Shown piece by piece: positions 39,510 through 48,227 of a stretch of 64,000 bases of DNA. Source of the DNA: Candidatus Dormiibacterota bacterium. Lineage in GTDB: Bacteria; Chloroflexota; Dormibacteria; Aeolococcales; Aeolococcaceae. The stretch is from assembly GCA_963823765.1 (NCBI GenBank), contig CAWGML010000002.1, positions 92,337 to 156,336 on the forward strand, read 5' to 3'. Below the pieces are notes generated by a model. That model was not told the origin of the DNA, ran no database searches, and was given only the letters and a program-made list of their open reading frames with translations. The position numbers and the translations under genes are program-made. Within the stretch, counting starts at the first letter, position 1. Each line of letters opens with the position of its first letter.

Positions 39510-40241
39510 ATGATTGAGCTCAACGGCGTCACCAAGGTGTACGCGGGCGCGGACACCCCGGCGTTGAACGGGATCGACCTCTCGATCCTGCGTGGCGAGT
39601 TCGTCGCCATCGTGGGGCCGTCCGGCTCGGGGAAGTCGACCCTCCTCAACCTCATCGGCTGCCTCGACCGTCCCACGTCGGGCCACGTGGTGCTCCTCGG
39701 CGAGGACACCAGCCGGCTCAACGACCAGCGTCTCTCGCGTCTGCGCAACCGCTCGATCGGGTTCATCTTCCAGGCGTTCAACCTCGTCCCCGAGCTGACG
39801 GTGGAGGAGAACGTCGAGCTGCCCCTTGTCTACGCGGGGATCACCGGCAACCGGCGCACGCTCACCCAGGCGGCTCTCAACGCCGTGGGCATCGCCCACC
39901 ACTCCGAGCAGCGCGCCGGCCGCCTCTCCGGCGGCGAGCAGCAGCGCGCCGCGATCGCCCGGGCGCTGGTCATCGATCCACCACTCGTGCTCGCCGACGA
40001 GCCCACCGGCAGCGTCGACCCGCGGAGCGCCGCCCAGATCATGCAGCTGCTCGGCCAGCTGCACGACCAGGGCAGGACCATCGTGGTGGTGACGCACAAC
40101 CAGCAGGTCGCCGCGGCCGCGCAGCGGGTCATCGGCATCGATGCCGGGACGGTGTCGGACGCCGAGGGGATGGCACGGCGGCCTGATGCGCACGCCCGCG
40201 CATCGTCGCCGGCGCGGTCTGTCAGCGGGTCGGCCACGTGA
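39510..40241 (+). CDS. ABC transporter ATP-binding protein (MacB/LolD-like)
   Basis: Walker A GPSGSGKST, signature LSGGEQQRAAIARAL and Walker B LVLADEPTGSVD. It overlaps the downstream permease by 4 nt. Confidence 0.9.
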   Translation: MIELNGVTKVYAGADTPALNGIDLSILRGEFVAIVGPSGSGKSTLLNLIGCLDRPTSGHVVLLGEDTSRLNDQRLSRLRNRSIGFIFQAFNLVPELTVEENVELPLVYAGITGNRRTLTQAALNAVGIAHHSEQRAGRLSGGEQQRAAIARALVIDPPLVLADEPTGSVDPRSAAQIMQLLGQLHDQGRTIVVVTHNQQVAAAAQRVIGIDAGTVSDAEGMARRPDAHARASSPARSVSGSAT

Positions 40242-41470
40242 AGCTGGGGGACACGCTCTCCGCCGCGTTCCGTGGCCTCAGCCGCCACTGGGTGCGCGCG
40301 CTCCTCAACCTCATCGGGGTGTTCGCCGGCGTCGCCTCGGTCGTGCTCCTCATCGCGGTGGCCCACGCGGTCGGCGGCGCCAGCAAGCTCGAGGTCGAAG
40401 GCCTCGGCGCCAACATCGTGGTGGTGTACCCCGGCGCCGTGTCGTCCTCCGGCGTGCAGGTCGGCATCGGCACCGCGTCGACGCTGACCACCGACGACGT
40501 GCAGTCGCTCGGCGACCAGGGCTTCGTCCCCGACGGCGTCCAGGCGGTGCCGACCGCCGGCGTGCGCACCAACGTCATGGCGCTGTCGCGGGCCGCCGAC
40601 ACCGACGTCATCGGCACCACGGAGGGCTTTCCCTCCGCGCGCGGCTACACGCTGCGTGAGGGTCGTTTCTTCAACGGCGCCGAGGACAAGTCGGCGGCCT
40701 CGGTGATCGTGCTCGGCAGCGCGGTCACCGCCACCGTCTTCCCGGGCGTCGACCCGATCGGCCAGTCCGTGACCATCAACAACCATCCCTTCACGGTCAT
40801 CGGTGTCTTCGCGCAGCGCGGCTACTCCGGGTCGTTCAACCAGGACGACCTCGCCGTCATGCCGATCGCCTCGAGCTGGGCCTACGTCCTGCCCTCCTCC
40901 GCGGAGCGGATCCAGCAGGTGTTCGTGGTCGCCAACACCCCGAGCTCCACCTCGCTCGTCAAGAGTGAGGTGACCAACACGCTGCTGCAGCGCCACCACA
41001 TCGTCGACCCGGCGCAGGCCGACTTCCAGGTGCGCACCCAGCAGGACCTGCTCGCCAGCGCGCAGCGCATCGGCACCGTCATGAAGTGGATGCTGGGAGT
41101 GGTGGCCGCGATCTCCCTGGTGACCGGCGCCATCGGCATCACCAGCCTCATGCTCACCAGCGTGCGCGAGCGCGCCTACGAGATCGGCATCCGTCGTGCG
41201 GTGGGGGCGACCAAGCGGAACATCGTCGCCCAGTTCATGGTGGAGTCGCTGCTGCTGGCCGGCGCGGGCGCCGTCGCCGGCATCGCGCTGGGCTTCGGCG
41301 GCGCGGCCCTCACCGGTGAGCTGTTGCCGGACCTGCCCACCCCGATCGTGACCTGGACGGCTGTTCTCGTCGCCATCGCCGTGGCCCTGGTCATCGGCGT
41401 CGGGACCGGCCTCTACCCGGCAGCCCGAGCCGCCCGTCTCCAGCCTGTCGAGGCGGTGCGCCGCCGCTGA
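40238..41470 (+). CDS. ABC transporter permease, MacB/FtsX family
   Basis: Same architecture as 449..1660. The C-terminus ...[20 protein letters not shown] is the FtsX family ending. GTG start. Confidence 0.9.
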   Translation: MKLGDTLSAAFRGLSRHWVRALLNLIGVFAGVASVVLLIAVAHAVGGASKLEVEGLGANIVVVYPGAVSSSGVQVGIGTASTLTTDDVQSLGDQGFVPDGVQAVPTAGVRTNVMALSRAADTDVIGTTEGFPSARGYTLREGRFFNGAEDKSAASVIVLGSAVTATVFPGVDPIGQSVTINNHPFTVIGVFAQRGYSGSFNQDDLAVMPIASSWAYVLPSSAERIQQVFVVANTPSSTSLVKSEVTNTLLQRHHIVDPAQADFQVRTQQDLLASAQRIGTVMKWMLGVVAAISLVTGAIGITSLMLTSVRERAYEIGIRRAVGATKRNIVAQFMVESLLLAGAGAVAGIALGFGGAALTGELLPDLPTPIVTWTAVLVAIAVALVIGVGTGLYPAARAARLQPVEAVRRR

Positions 41471-41494
41471 TCGTCCGCAGACATCCAAGAGGGG

Positions 41495-42457
41495 TTGAAC
41501 ATGAAGATTCTGATCGCGGGCACAGCCCGCTGCGGCAGCACGTGGGCTGCCAACGTCCTCGGCCGCGCCGACCAGAGCCGCTCGGTATATGAGCCCGATG
41601 GCCCCCGTTCGGACATTCTCGGCGCCATGGTCGCCACCCGCCTCGGCGAATACCCGGTGCTGCAGCCGGGCCAGCGCAGCGGCTGGTATCGCCTGGTGTG
41701 GGACCTCGCCTTCAGCGGCGGCTGGCCGTGGGACAACGTGGAGACCGCGCGCGCCGCCGGACGCCGCATGGTGCGCATCCCGCCGCTGATGCGCGACTAC
41801 CTCGTCGCGGGGTTGGCGGAGGGGACGCGTCGCGTGCGCCGCGGGCCGAGGAACGTGCTCGTCAAGTCGGTGAACTCCGCGTTCTCACTCGAGTGGATCG
41901 CCCAGCGCTACCAGCCCCGGGTCCTGGTGTTGCGGCGCAACCCGCTCAACGTCGTCTCCAGCTGGGTGGTGCTCAACATGTGGTCCGACAGGCCGATCGG
42001 GCAACACCCGGCCGTGCGCGAGCGATACCTCGCCCCCATCGGCGTGACCGCACCGGACAATGGCGCGTCCGCGGTGCGCATCGCCGCCTTCAACGTGGGC
42101 CTGCTCACGCGGGCTCTCCGGCAGGCCGCGGCCGAGCATCCCGAATGGATCGTCGCCTCCCACGACCAGCTCTGCATCGACCCGGAGACGGGCTTCCGTG
42201 ACCTGACCGCGCGGCTGGGGCTGCGCTGGACACCGGCGATGACCGACTACCTGCGCAAGTCGGACGACCCGTCGTTCACCGTGCATGGCGGCACCCCCAA
42301 GTTTCATCCCAACGCGGTGAGCTCCACCACCACGGACAGCCGCCGCGACCAGCAGGCCAGCCAGTTCAAGCGGCGGCTCACGCCGGCGCAGGCCGACGAG
42401 GCCCGCGAGGTGCTCGCGTCCTTCGACCTCGCGGAGTGGGGCGTGCCGGCGGCCTGA
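41495..42457 (+). CDS. PAPS-dependent sulfotransferase, Stf0-like, paralog 3
   Basis: KILIAGTARCGSTWAANVLG PSB loop. Collinear with paralogs 1 and 2 (YEPDGPRSD...; VLVLRRNPLNVVSSW; SHDQLCIDPETGFRDLTARLGLRWTPAMTDYL). Confidence 0.8.
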   Translation: MNMKILIAGTARCGSTWAANVLGRADQSRSVYEPDGPRSDILGAMVATRLGEYPVLQPGQRSGWYRLVWDLAFSGGWPWDNVETARAAGRRMVRIPPLMRDYLVAGLAEGTRRVRRGPRNVLVKSVNSAFSLEWIAQRYQPRVLVLRRNPLNVVSSWVVLNMWSDRPIGQHPAVRERYLAPIGVTAPDNGASAVRIAAFNVGLLTRALRQAAAEHPEWIVASHDQLCIDPETGFRDLTARLGLRWTPAMTDYLRKSDDPSFTVHGGTPKFHPNAVSSTTTDSRRDQQASQFKRRLTPAQADEAREVLASFDLAEWGVPAA

Positions 42458-43411
42458 TCAGCAGCCCGGGCCGTCCACCGTCTGGCCCGAGATGGTGATG
42501 CCGTCGGACGGCTGCTTGACGATGCCGTGACCGCCGTGGCTGACCACGTTGGCGACGGTGATGTGGTGGGACGGCCCGGTGATGTACCACGGTTGCGCGC
42601 AGGTCTTGGCGAACGGTCCGGGAGTGAAGCTCTCGCCATCGAGCGTGACGTTCTCGTCCTCGAACAGGGCCAGGATGCCGCCGTGGATGGTGATGTTGGA
42701 GAGCGTGGCGTGGTTCTGGCAGTCGACGTCGACCGACGCGAAGCCGCCCGTGCCGGTGGTGGTCATGTCGATGTTGCGCAGCGTGGTGCCGCCGCGCTGG
42801 TAGCTGAAGCACGGCGACGGCCCGACGAAGCGCATCCCGAAGCCGCTGCCGGCCTCGCCGGTGACGTTGGTCACCGTGGTGTTGTTGGCGTTGCTGAAGA
42901 GCACTCCCGGCTTGGGCTGCTTGAGCACGGGCCCGCCGGGGTTGAAGGTGGCGGTGTCGAGGTTCATGTCGGACACGGTCACGTTGTCGGCGCTGATGTC
43001 GAAGATGTTGATGGCACCGTGCTGCACCAGGAAGGTCGAGGCGCTTCCCGCGCCGCGCACCGCGACGGGGCCGCCGACGACGATGTGGTTGCTCAGCACG
43101 CAGGTACCGGCGCCGATGGTCACCGTGCCACCACGGTCGACGGCGGCCTGCAGCGCGATGGTGACATCCGTGCTCCCGTCACAGCTGACGCTGCTGGCCA
43201 CGGTCGACGTGGGGGAGGGAGGGAACGTCGACAGCGTCGGCGCCGGTGACGCGGAGCCGCTGCGCGTCGGCATCGAGCTCGGGCTGCCGCAGCTCGCCAG
43301 CATGGCGAGTGCCAGGAGTGCCGGCCCCGTGCAGGCGAGCCGCCGCCTCAGCTGGCCCGTCCCCGGGAGCCGCGCGACCAGCGGCGCAGGTCGCTGCGCC
43401 GCCGGCCGCAC
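42458..43411 (-). CDS. Secreted/lipoprotein right-handed beta-helix protein
   Basis: Lipoprotein-type signal (RRRLACTGPALLALAMLASCGS, lipobox LASC), then beta-helix repeats rich in short N.T/G.V...I rungs. The start is uncertain (GTG near 43411). The listed ORF N-terminus is low-complexity. Confidence 0.5.
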   Translation of the reverse strand: MRPAAQRPAPLVARLPGTGQLRRRLACTGPALLALAMLASCGSPSSMPTRSGSASPAPTLSTFPPSPTSTVASSVSCDGSTDVTIALQAAVDRGGTVTIGAGTCVLSNHIVVGGPVAVRGAGSASTFLVQHGAINIFDISADNVTVSDMNLDTATFNPGGPVLKQPKPGVLFSNANNTTVTNVTGEAGSGFGMRFVGPSPCFSYQRGGTTLRNIDMTTTGTGGFASVDVDCQNHATLSNITIHGGILALFEDENVTLDGESFTPGPFAKTCAQPWYITGPSHHITVANVVSHGGHGIVKQPSDGITISGQTVDGPGC

Positions 43412-43425
43412 AGGCGTCCCATTGG

Positions 43426-44959
43426 CTACGGCGAGAACTGGATGGCGTCGGTGGCGCCACTCTGCGGACGGTGCAGCACGCTGGTGTAGGTGGAGTTCTG
43501 CACGGTGCCCTGCGCGATGATCTTGGGCGAGATGGTGATCCCGTCCAGGGAGCTGTTCTCGACGAGCAGGTTCTGCACGTCGCCGATCAGCAGCCTGAAG
43601 GTCGGGCCGCCGGTCATCTGCTCGTTGTCGATGGTGATGTCCTGGTTGACGCGCGCGTTGTCGGGGGCGGTCTTGATCTGGCCGCCCTCGCCAGAGGTGG
43701 TGAAGTTGGTGATGGTGAGGTTGTCGCACGGGGTGGACATCACGAAGCCGGCGGTGGCGCCGTGCGTGCCCGGCGTGTAGTTGTAGTTGGTGACGGTGGT
43801 GTTGGTGTCGGCATAGAGCGTGATCCGCGAGCCCGTGTGCTGCACGTTGCTGATCGAGGCGTTGTCCTGGAACGAGAAGCTCCAACCGTCGCCGGTGAAC
43901 CAGTCGTTGAGGATCACGTCGTTGACGACGTTGCCCTCGCTGTGCAGGCCGTTACCCGGGTGCGCGCTCGGCGGGCCGGGGTAGTAGATGCCGAAGGTGT
44001 TGGTGCCGCTGAGCACGCGGATGCGCTGCACCAGCGTGTAGTTGCCACCCACGCCGAGCCCGTGGCCGGCGTCGAAGGTCTGGGTGTCCAGCGTGAGGTC
44101 CTGGACCGTGGCGTGGTCACTGCGGACGCTGAGCAGGTCGTTCCTGCCGGTGCTCGTCTCCACCAGCGTGGTGCTGTCGCGGCCCGCGCCCGCGAACACG
44201 ATCGGCACGCTGCCGCCGATCTGGATGCTCGCCGGGGTGGCCGTGGCGAAGGTGTACGTGCCCGCGGGCACCCACACGATGCTGCCCGCCCCGCCGGCCT
44301 GGGCGGCGGCAATGGCGGACTGGAAGTTGCTGGCGTTGTCACCGGTGTCGTCGCCGTGGGCACCGTACGCGGTGACGTCGAAGATCGCGCTGAAGCGGGT
44401 CGAGCTGGTGCCCTTGCCCCACTTGTTGGAGACGACGATGGGCCCTGACTTCACCCCGGCGGGCACGGTGGCGGTGAGCTGGCTGTAGGAGTTGACCGTG
44501 AAGCCGGGGGCGGCAATGCCGCCGAAGCTCACCTGGGTGGCGCCGGTGAAGGCGCTGCCGTTGATGGTCACCGAGTTCGCCCGGCCTGCCGCTGGCCGGC
44601 GTGAAGCCGGTGACCGACGGTGTCACCTTGAAGAACTTGTTCTTGCTGGTGACGTTGCCCCCCGGGGTGTGCACGCTGATCGTCCCCCTCGAGGCGCCGT
44701 TCGGCACGGTGGCATCGATCTCGGTGTCGGAGACCACCGAGTACGTCGACGAGACCAAGCCCACGAGCACCGCGGTGGCGCCGGTGAACCCGGTGCCGCT
44801 GATCACCACGGCGGTGCCCACCGGTCCGCTGGTGGGCGAGAAGCCGGAGATGGTTGGACCAGCCGCCGCCACCGAGAGGGTCGAGCCGAACAGAGAGCCG
44901 CCCGCGACCGCGAGGACGGCACAGACCGTGACGAGCCGGCGCCAACGCAACTGATCCAC
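43426..44959 (-). CDS. Secreted tandem-IPT/TIG + right-handed beta-helix (Pectate_lyase_3-like) protein, paralog 1 (apparent frameshift near 44570)
   Basis: Signal peptide, then TIG repeats (PTISGFSPTSGPVGTAVVISGTGFTGATAV...; VTINGSAFTGATQVSFGG...). The beta-helix N-cap VTAYGAHGDDTGDNASNFQSAIAAAQAGGAGSIVWVPAGTYTF is diagnostic of the Pectate_lyase_3/GH28/GH55-like family. The protein continues from frame 44339..44959 into 43426..44571. Confidence 0.7.
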
Positions 44960-45167
44960 AGTGATCCCCCCTTACCGCCCTGTCGGTGCCGACAGGGTCC
45001 TATTCCAGATGCAGTGCGGAGCGTCCGACAGTCGCGCCAAACGCACCGATCCCTTCTCAGACCAGTCTAGAGAAAGGCTTCTTGAAAGTCCAGTTCCCCG
45101 TGTGAACCAGGCCTGGTTGGAGGCTGGGACGGCCGCGTTCCGCGAGGTCGCGGCCGTCCCTGTTGCC

Positions 45168-46565
45168 TCAGCCCCAGGCGTTCAGCGTCCCGTTGTCGGC
45201 GCCGAAGAACAGCATGTTGTCGGCAATGGCGGCAGACGAGTGGATCTTGCCGCCGACGTTGGTCGAGAAGACCAGCGCCCCGTCGCTGAGCCTGTAGCCG
45301 CGCTCACCGCCGTTGAGGTCTCCGACGAAGGCGAGCTGGTCGCCCGCGGCGCCGGAGATGGCCGGCGACGTGAGAATGGTGGCGGTGGCGGTGGCCGACC
45401 GCCAGGTCACGGCGCCCGTCGTGGCATTGAAGTCGTAGACGTAGCCCGCGTAACCCACCACGAGGTCGTTGCCCGTCAGCGCCGCGACTGAGACCGAGTT
45501 GGTCTTCATACCGGCGTCGAGGGACATGTCGAAGTTCCAGATCTGGGCGCCGGTCGCCAGGTCGAGCGCGTACTCGATCTTGTCCTTGCCGTCGATGTAC
45601 ACGACACCGTCCGCGAAGCCGTTGACGCCCGGTGCGCTGATGGTCGGACCCGCGCCGACGTCCTGGTCGCCACCGTTCTGGATGGTCTGGAAGCGCCACA
45701 TCTGGGCGCCGGTGGTGGCGTTGAGCGCGTACACGGAGTTGTCAGGGTTGCTGCTGCCGAAGACCAGCATCCAGGTGCCTGCGCTGTTCTGGACGAGGCC
45801 CGGCTCCGACCACGAGCCCGAGTTGAACCCGTGGGTGCCCTTGTTGGCGAAGCCGTTGAACACCCACTTGAGCTGGCAGCTGCCCGCTGTGTTGCCGATG
45901 CCGGTGACCGCCCACTCGTGCCCGGCGTTGTGCTTCTCGTTCTGACCCTCGTCGCCGAAGAAGACCACCGGGCCGGTGCCGTCGACGCGGCCGACGACCG
46001 GCGAGGCCTCGATCCGTCCGGGGACGGTCTGGGGCGACACGATCGGCAGGGAGAAGGAGCACTGGAAGGCGCCGGTGGTGGCGTTCAGCGCGTAGAGGAT
46101 CCCGTCGGTGCCGGCGAAGTAGATCGTGTTGCCGTCGATCGCGGGCGACGACACGAAGGCGCCGGGCGTGTACTGCACGCTCCAGATGGTGGCGCCGGTG
46201 GCCGCGTCGAATGCATGCACCTGGCCGAGGACGCTGACGTCGTACACGACGGTCTTCTGCAACGTGGCGTTGAAGACCACCGCCGGTGATGCGTACACGG
46301 ACGCCTTGCCCTGGCTGCCGCCGCCCACCAGCTGCGACCACTTCTTGGTCAGGCCTGAGGCCGTCGAGGCGCCGATGGCGGTGTCCGGCGACACGCCGCT
46401 GTGCGTCGCGTTGCCGTGGAACATCGTCCAGTCATCCCCGGTCGTCGCGCGCGCGCTGCTCGGCACCACCGCCATGGCGATCGAGGCGGCCACGGCCACA
46501 CCCAACAGCAGTGGGCGATGGACGCGCCCGGTCGCCCACGTCAAGGCACGGTTGTTGACGATCAT
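45168..46565 (-). CDS. Secreted PQQ-like beta-propeller repeat protein
   Basis: Signal peptide followed by repeated (V/I)YALNATTGA..W / AFDAATGATIWS motifs. About 8 repeats of about 40 aa, typical of PQQ/BamB-like propellers. Confidence 0.7.
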   Translation of the reverse strand: MIVNNRALTWATGRVHRPLLLGVAVAASIAMAVVPSSARATTGDDWTMFHGNATHSGVSPDTAIGASTASGLTKKWSQLVGGGSQGKASVYASPAVVFNATLQKTVVYDVSVLGQVHAFDAATGATIWSVQYTPGAFVSSPAIDGNTIYFAGTDGILYALNATTGAFQCSFSLPIVSPQTVPGRIEASPVVGRVDGTGPVVFFGDEGQNEKHNAGHEWAVTGIGNTAGSCQLKWVFNGFANKGTHGFNSGSWSEPGLVQNSAGTWMLVFGSSNPDNSVYALNATTGAQMWRFQTIQNGGDQDVGAGPTISAPGVNGFADGVVYIDGKDKIEYALDLATGAQIWNFDMSLDAGMKTNSVSVAALTGNDLVVGYAGYVYDFNATTGAVTWRSATATATILTSPAISGAAGDQLAFVGDLNGGERGYRLSDGALVFSTNVGGKIHSSAAIADNMLFFGADNGTLNAWG

Positions 46566-46883
46566 TGACCCCCCTCCCGATTGTCCACGCGTGTTTCTGT
46601 CGAACTGATGGGATGCGACACGCCGGTGTCATTGGCGGGAGCCGTTTCAGCTTCCCGCAGCCCTTCCCAGCTGCAGGTTACGGGGTGGGCCACTACGTGT
46701 CAAGTCAAGCAATCACGTCTAACGTGCTATGACGCCGGGGTAACGGCTCGGCAAACACGCGTTCGCATCGTGACCTGGCTATTGTGCGGACTTCTCTGAC
46801 GTCGATCTGACACTGCGTTACGCAGCGGATACATACATACGATCCGGCGGATTGGATCGGCGTACCACTGCGACCGTGGCGAC

Positions 46884-48173
46884 ATGAACTTCCACCCCCG
46901 TCGACTGACCCTCGTCACCCTCGTCTCCGGCGCCGTGCTCCTGTCCGGCAGCACCTCCAGCGCCGTGCTGACGTCGTCACGCTCGGGTGTGGCGACCGCG
47001 CCACGACACCTGGCGGTGTCGGACAGCCTGACCACAGCGCCAACGAGCGGAGCCACACCCGACGCCACCGCAGCCCCGACCGCGGTCCCGTCAACTCAGG
47101 GCCCCGGGCTGGCGGTCAACCCCTCCACGCAGTCCCCGGCCCAGCTGCGTGCCCAGCAGGCCACATGGCGGCCCCAGCTCAACGTCACCGAGCTCTCGGT
47201 CAGCGCGGCTCACCTCAACCTCGTGCTCTTCGGGGAGCCGACAATCGCGGCCGACGGTTCGATGGGCACCAACATCGGCGGCACCTGGCACTCGGTCGGG
47301 GCACAGCGAGACGTCACCAACCACTTCCTCGGCGCGCTGGCCACGGACAACGCGGCGGACCTCAGCCGGGCCATGGCCGCGCTCGAGTACACCTTCGCGC
47401 ACCAGAACGCCGACGGCTCGTGGCCTCAGGTGGACATCCCCGGCTCGCCCTACTCGCCCGGCGGGGGCTTCATGAGCACCATCTTCTTCTACGCCTCGCT
47501 GGGACGCTCGCTGGGCCTGGCCGCGGACTCCCACTGGTTCCAGACCAGCGCTGCAACCGCCGCTCTGCGCGCCCGTCTGGCGGCCCTCGCTCCGGGGATG
47601 GAGCGCGGCCTCGCCTGGATGCGCGGCCCCGTCAACAGCCAGCAGATGCAGAACATGGGCAAGGGCTCGCAGAGAGACAGCAACCGCGCGGCCGCCGGGG
47701 CCGAGGGGTTCCTCCTGGTGGGCCAGTGGCTCCACAGTGCCGCGGACGTGGCGACCGGCCAGCGCCTGCTGCTCCAGGTCGAGAGCAACCAGCTGCCCGA
47801 CGGCACCATCCTGGAGTCGGGGGGCTTCGACGCCGGCTACCAGACGGTGTCGCTGAACCACCTGTACGACATCTGGTTCCACCTCACCGGCTCCCTCGCG
47901 GGTCTGCGCGGTGGTGTCTGGAACGAGCTGGCCAAGGGCACGGCCAAGGAGAACAGCGTCGTGCTGCCCTCAGGCGAGATCAACTTCGACGGCAGCACCC
48001 GCGTCGACTGCGGTGGGGAGACCTTCCACGGCCAGCCCAAGCAGGGCAGCGGGCAGGACCTCTCCCGGGTGGAGGTGTACACCGCGGGCGTCACCGCGAA
48101 CGGCTCGCTGCTCGCCATGGCGGCGCGGATCATCAACTACTACAACACCCACACCCACTCGCACTGCGTCTAG
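46884..48173 (+). CDS. Secreted hypothetical protein (paralog of 55053..56234)
   Basis: Signal peptide with a Thr/Pro-rich linker. Conserved blocks are shared with 55053..56234: AAHLNLVLF/AAHLAMVIH, GSMGTNIGGTWHSVGAQR/GSIGTNHSGWHSLGFQR, ALEYTFAHQNADGSW/ALEYSYQHQNPDGSF, FGAEGFLL.G.WL, LPDGTILE.GGFD.GYQ.VSL.NL, CGGE.F.G..KQG.G. Function unknown. Confidence 0.7.
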   Translation: MNFHPRRLTLVTLVSGAVLLSGSTSSAVLTSSRSGVATAPRHLAVSDSLTTAPTSGATPDATAAPTAVPSTQGPGLAVNPSTQSPAQLRAQQATWRPQLNVTELSVSAAHLNLVLFGEPTIAADGSMGTNIGGTWHSVGAQRDVTNHFLGALATDNAADLSRAMAALEYTFAHQNADGSWPQVDIPGSPYSPGGGFMSTIFFYASLGRSLGLAADSHWFQTSAATAALRARLAALAPGMERGLAWMRGPVNSQQMQNMGKGSQRDSNRAAAGAEGFLLVGQWLHSAADVATGQRLLLQVESNQLPDGTILESGGFDAGYQTVSLNHLYDIWFHLTGSLAGLRGGVWNELAKGTAKENSVVLPSGEINFDGSTRVDCGGETFHGQPKQGSGQDLSRVEVYTAGVTANGSLLAMAARIINYYNTHTHSHCV

Positions 48174-48187
48174 CCGGCGACCGCGAG

Positions 48188-48221
48188 GAAGAGGGCCCGC
48201 GCGAAACCGCGGGTCCTCTTC
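48188..48221. terminator. Hairpin between convergent genes
   Basis: GAAGAGGGCCCGCG-loop-CGCGGGTCCTCTTC is an imperfect 14-bp stem in the 54-nt gap between 46884..48173 (+) and 48228..49776 (-). Confidence 0.4.
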
Positions 48222-48227
48222 GCTGCG

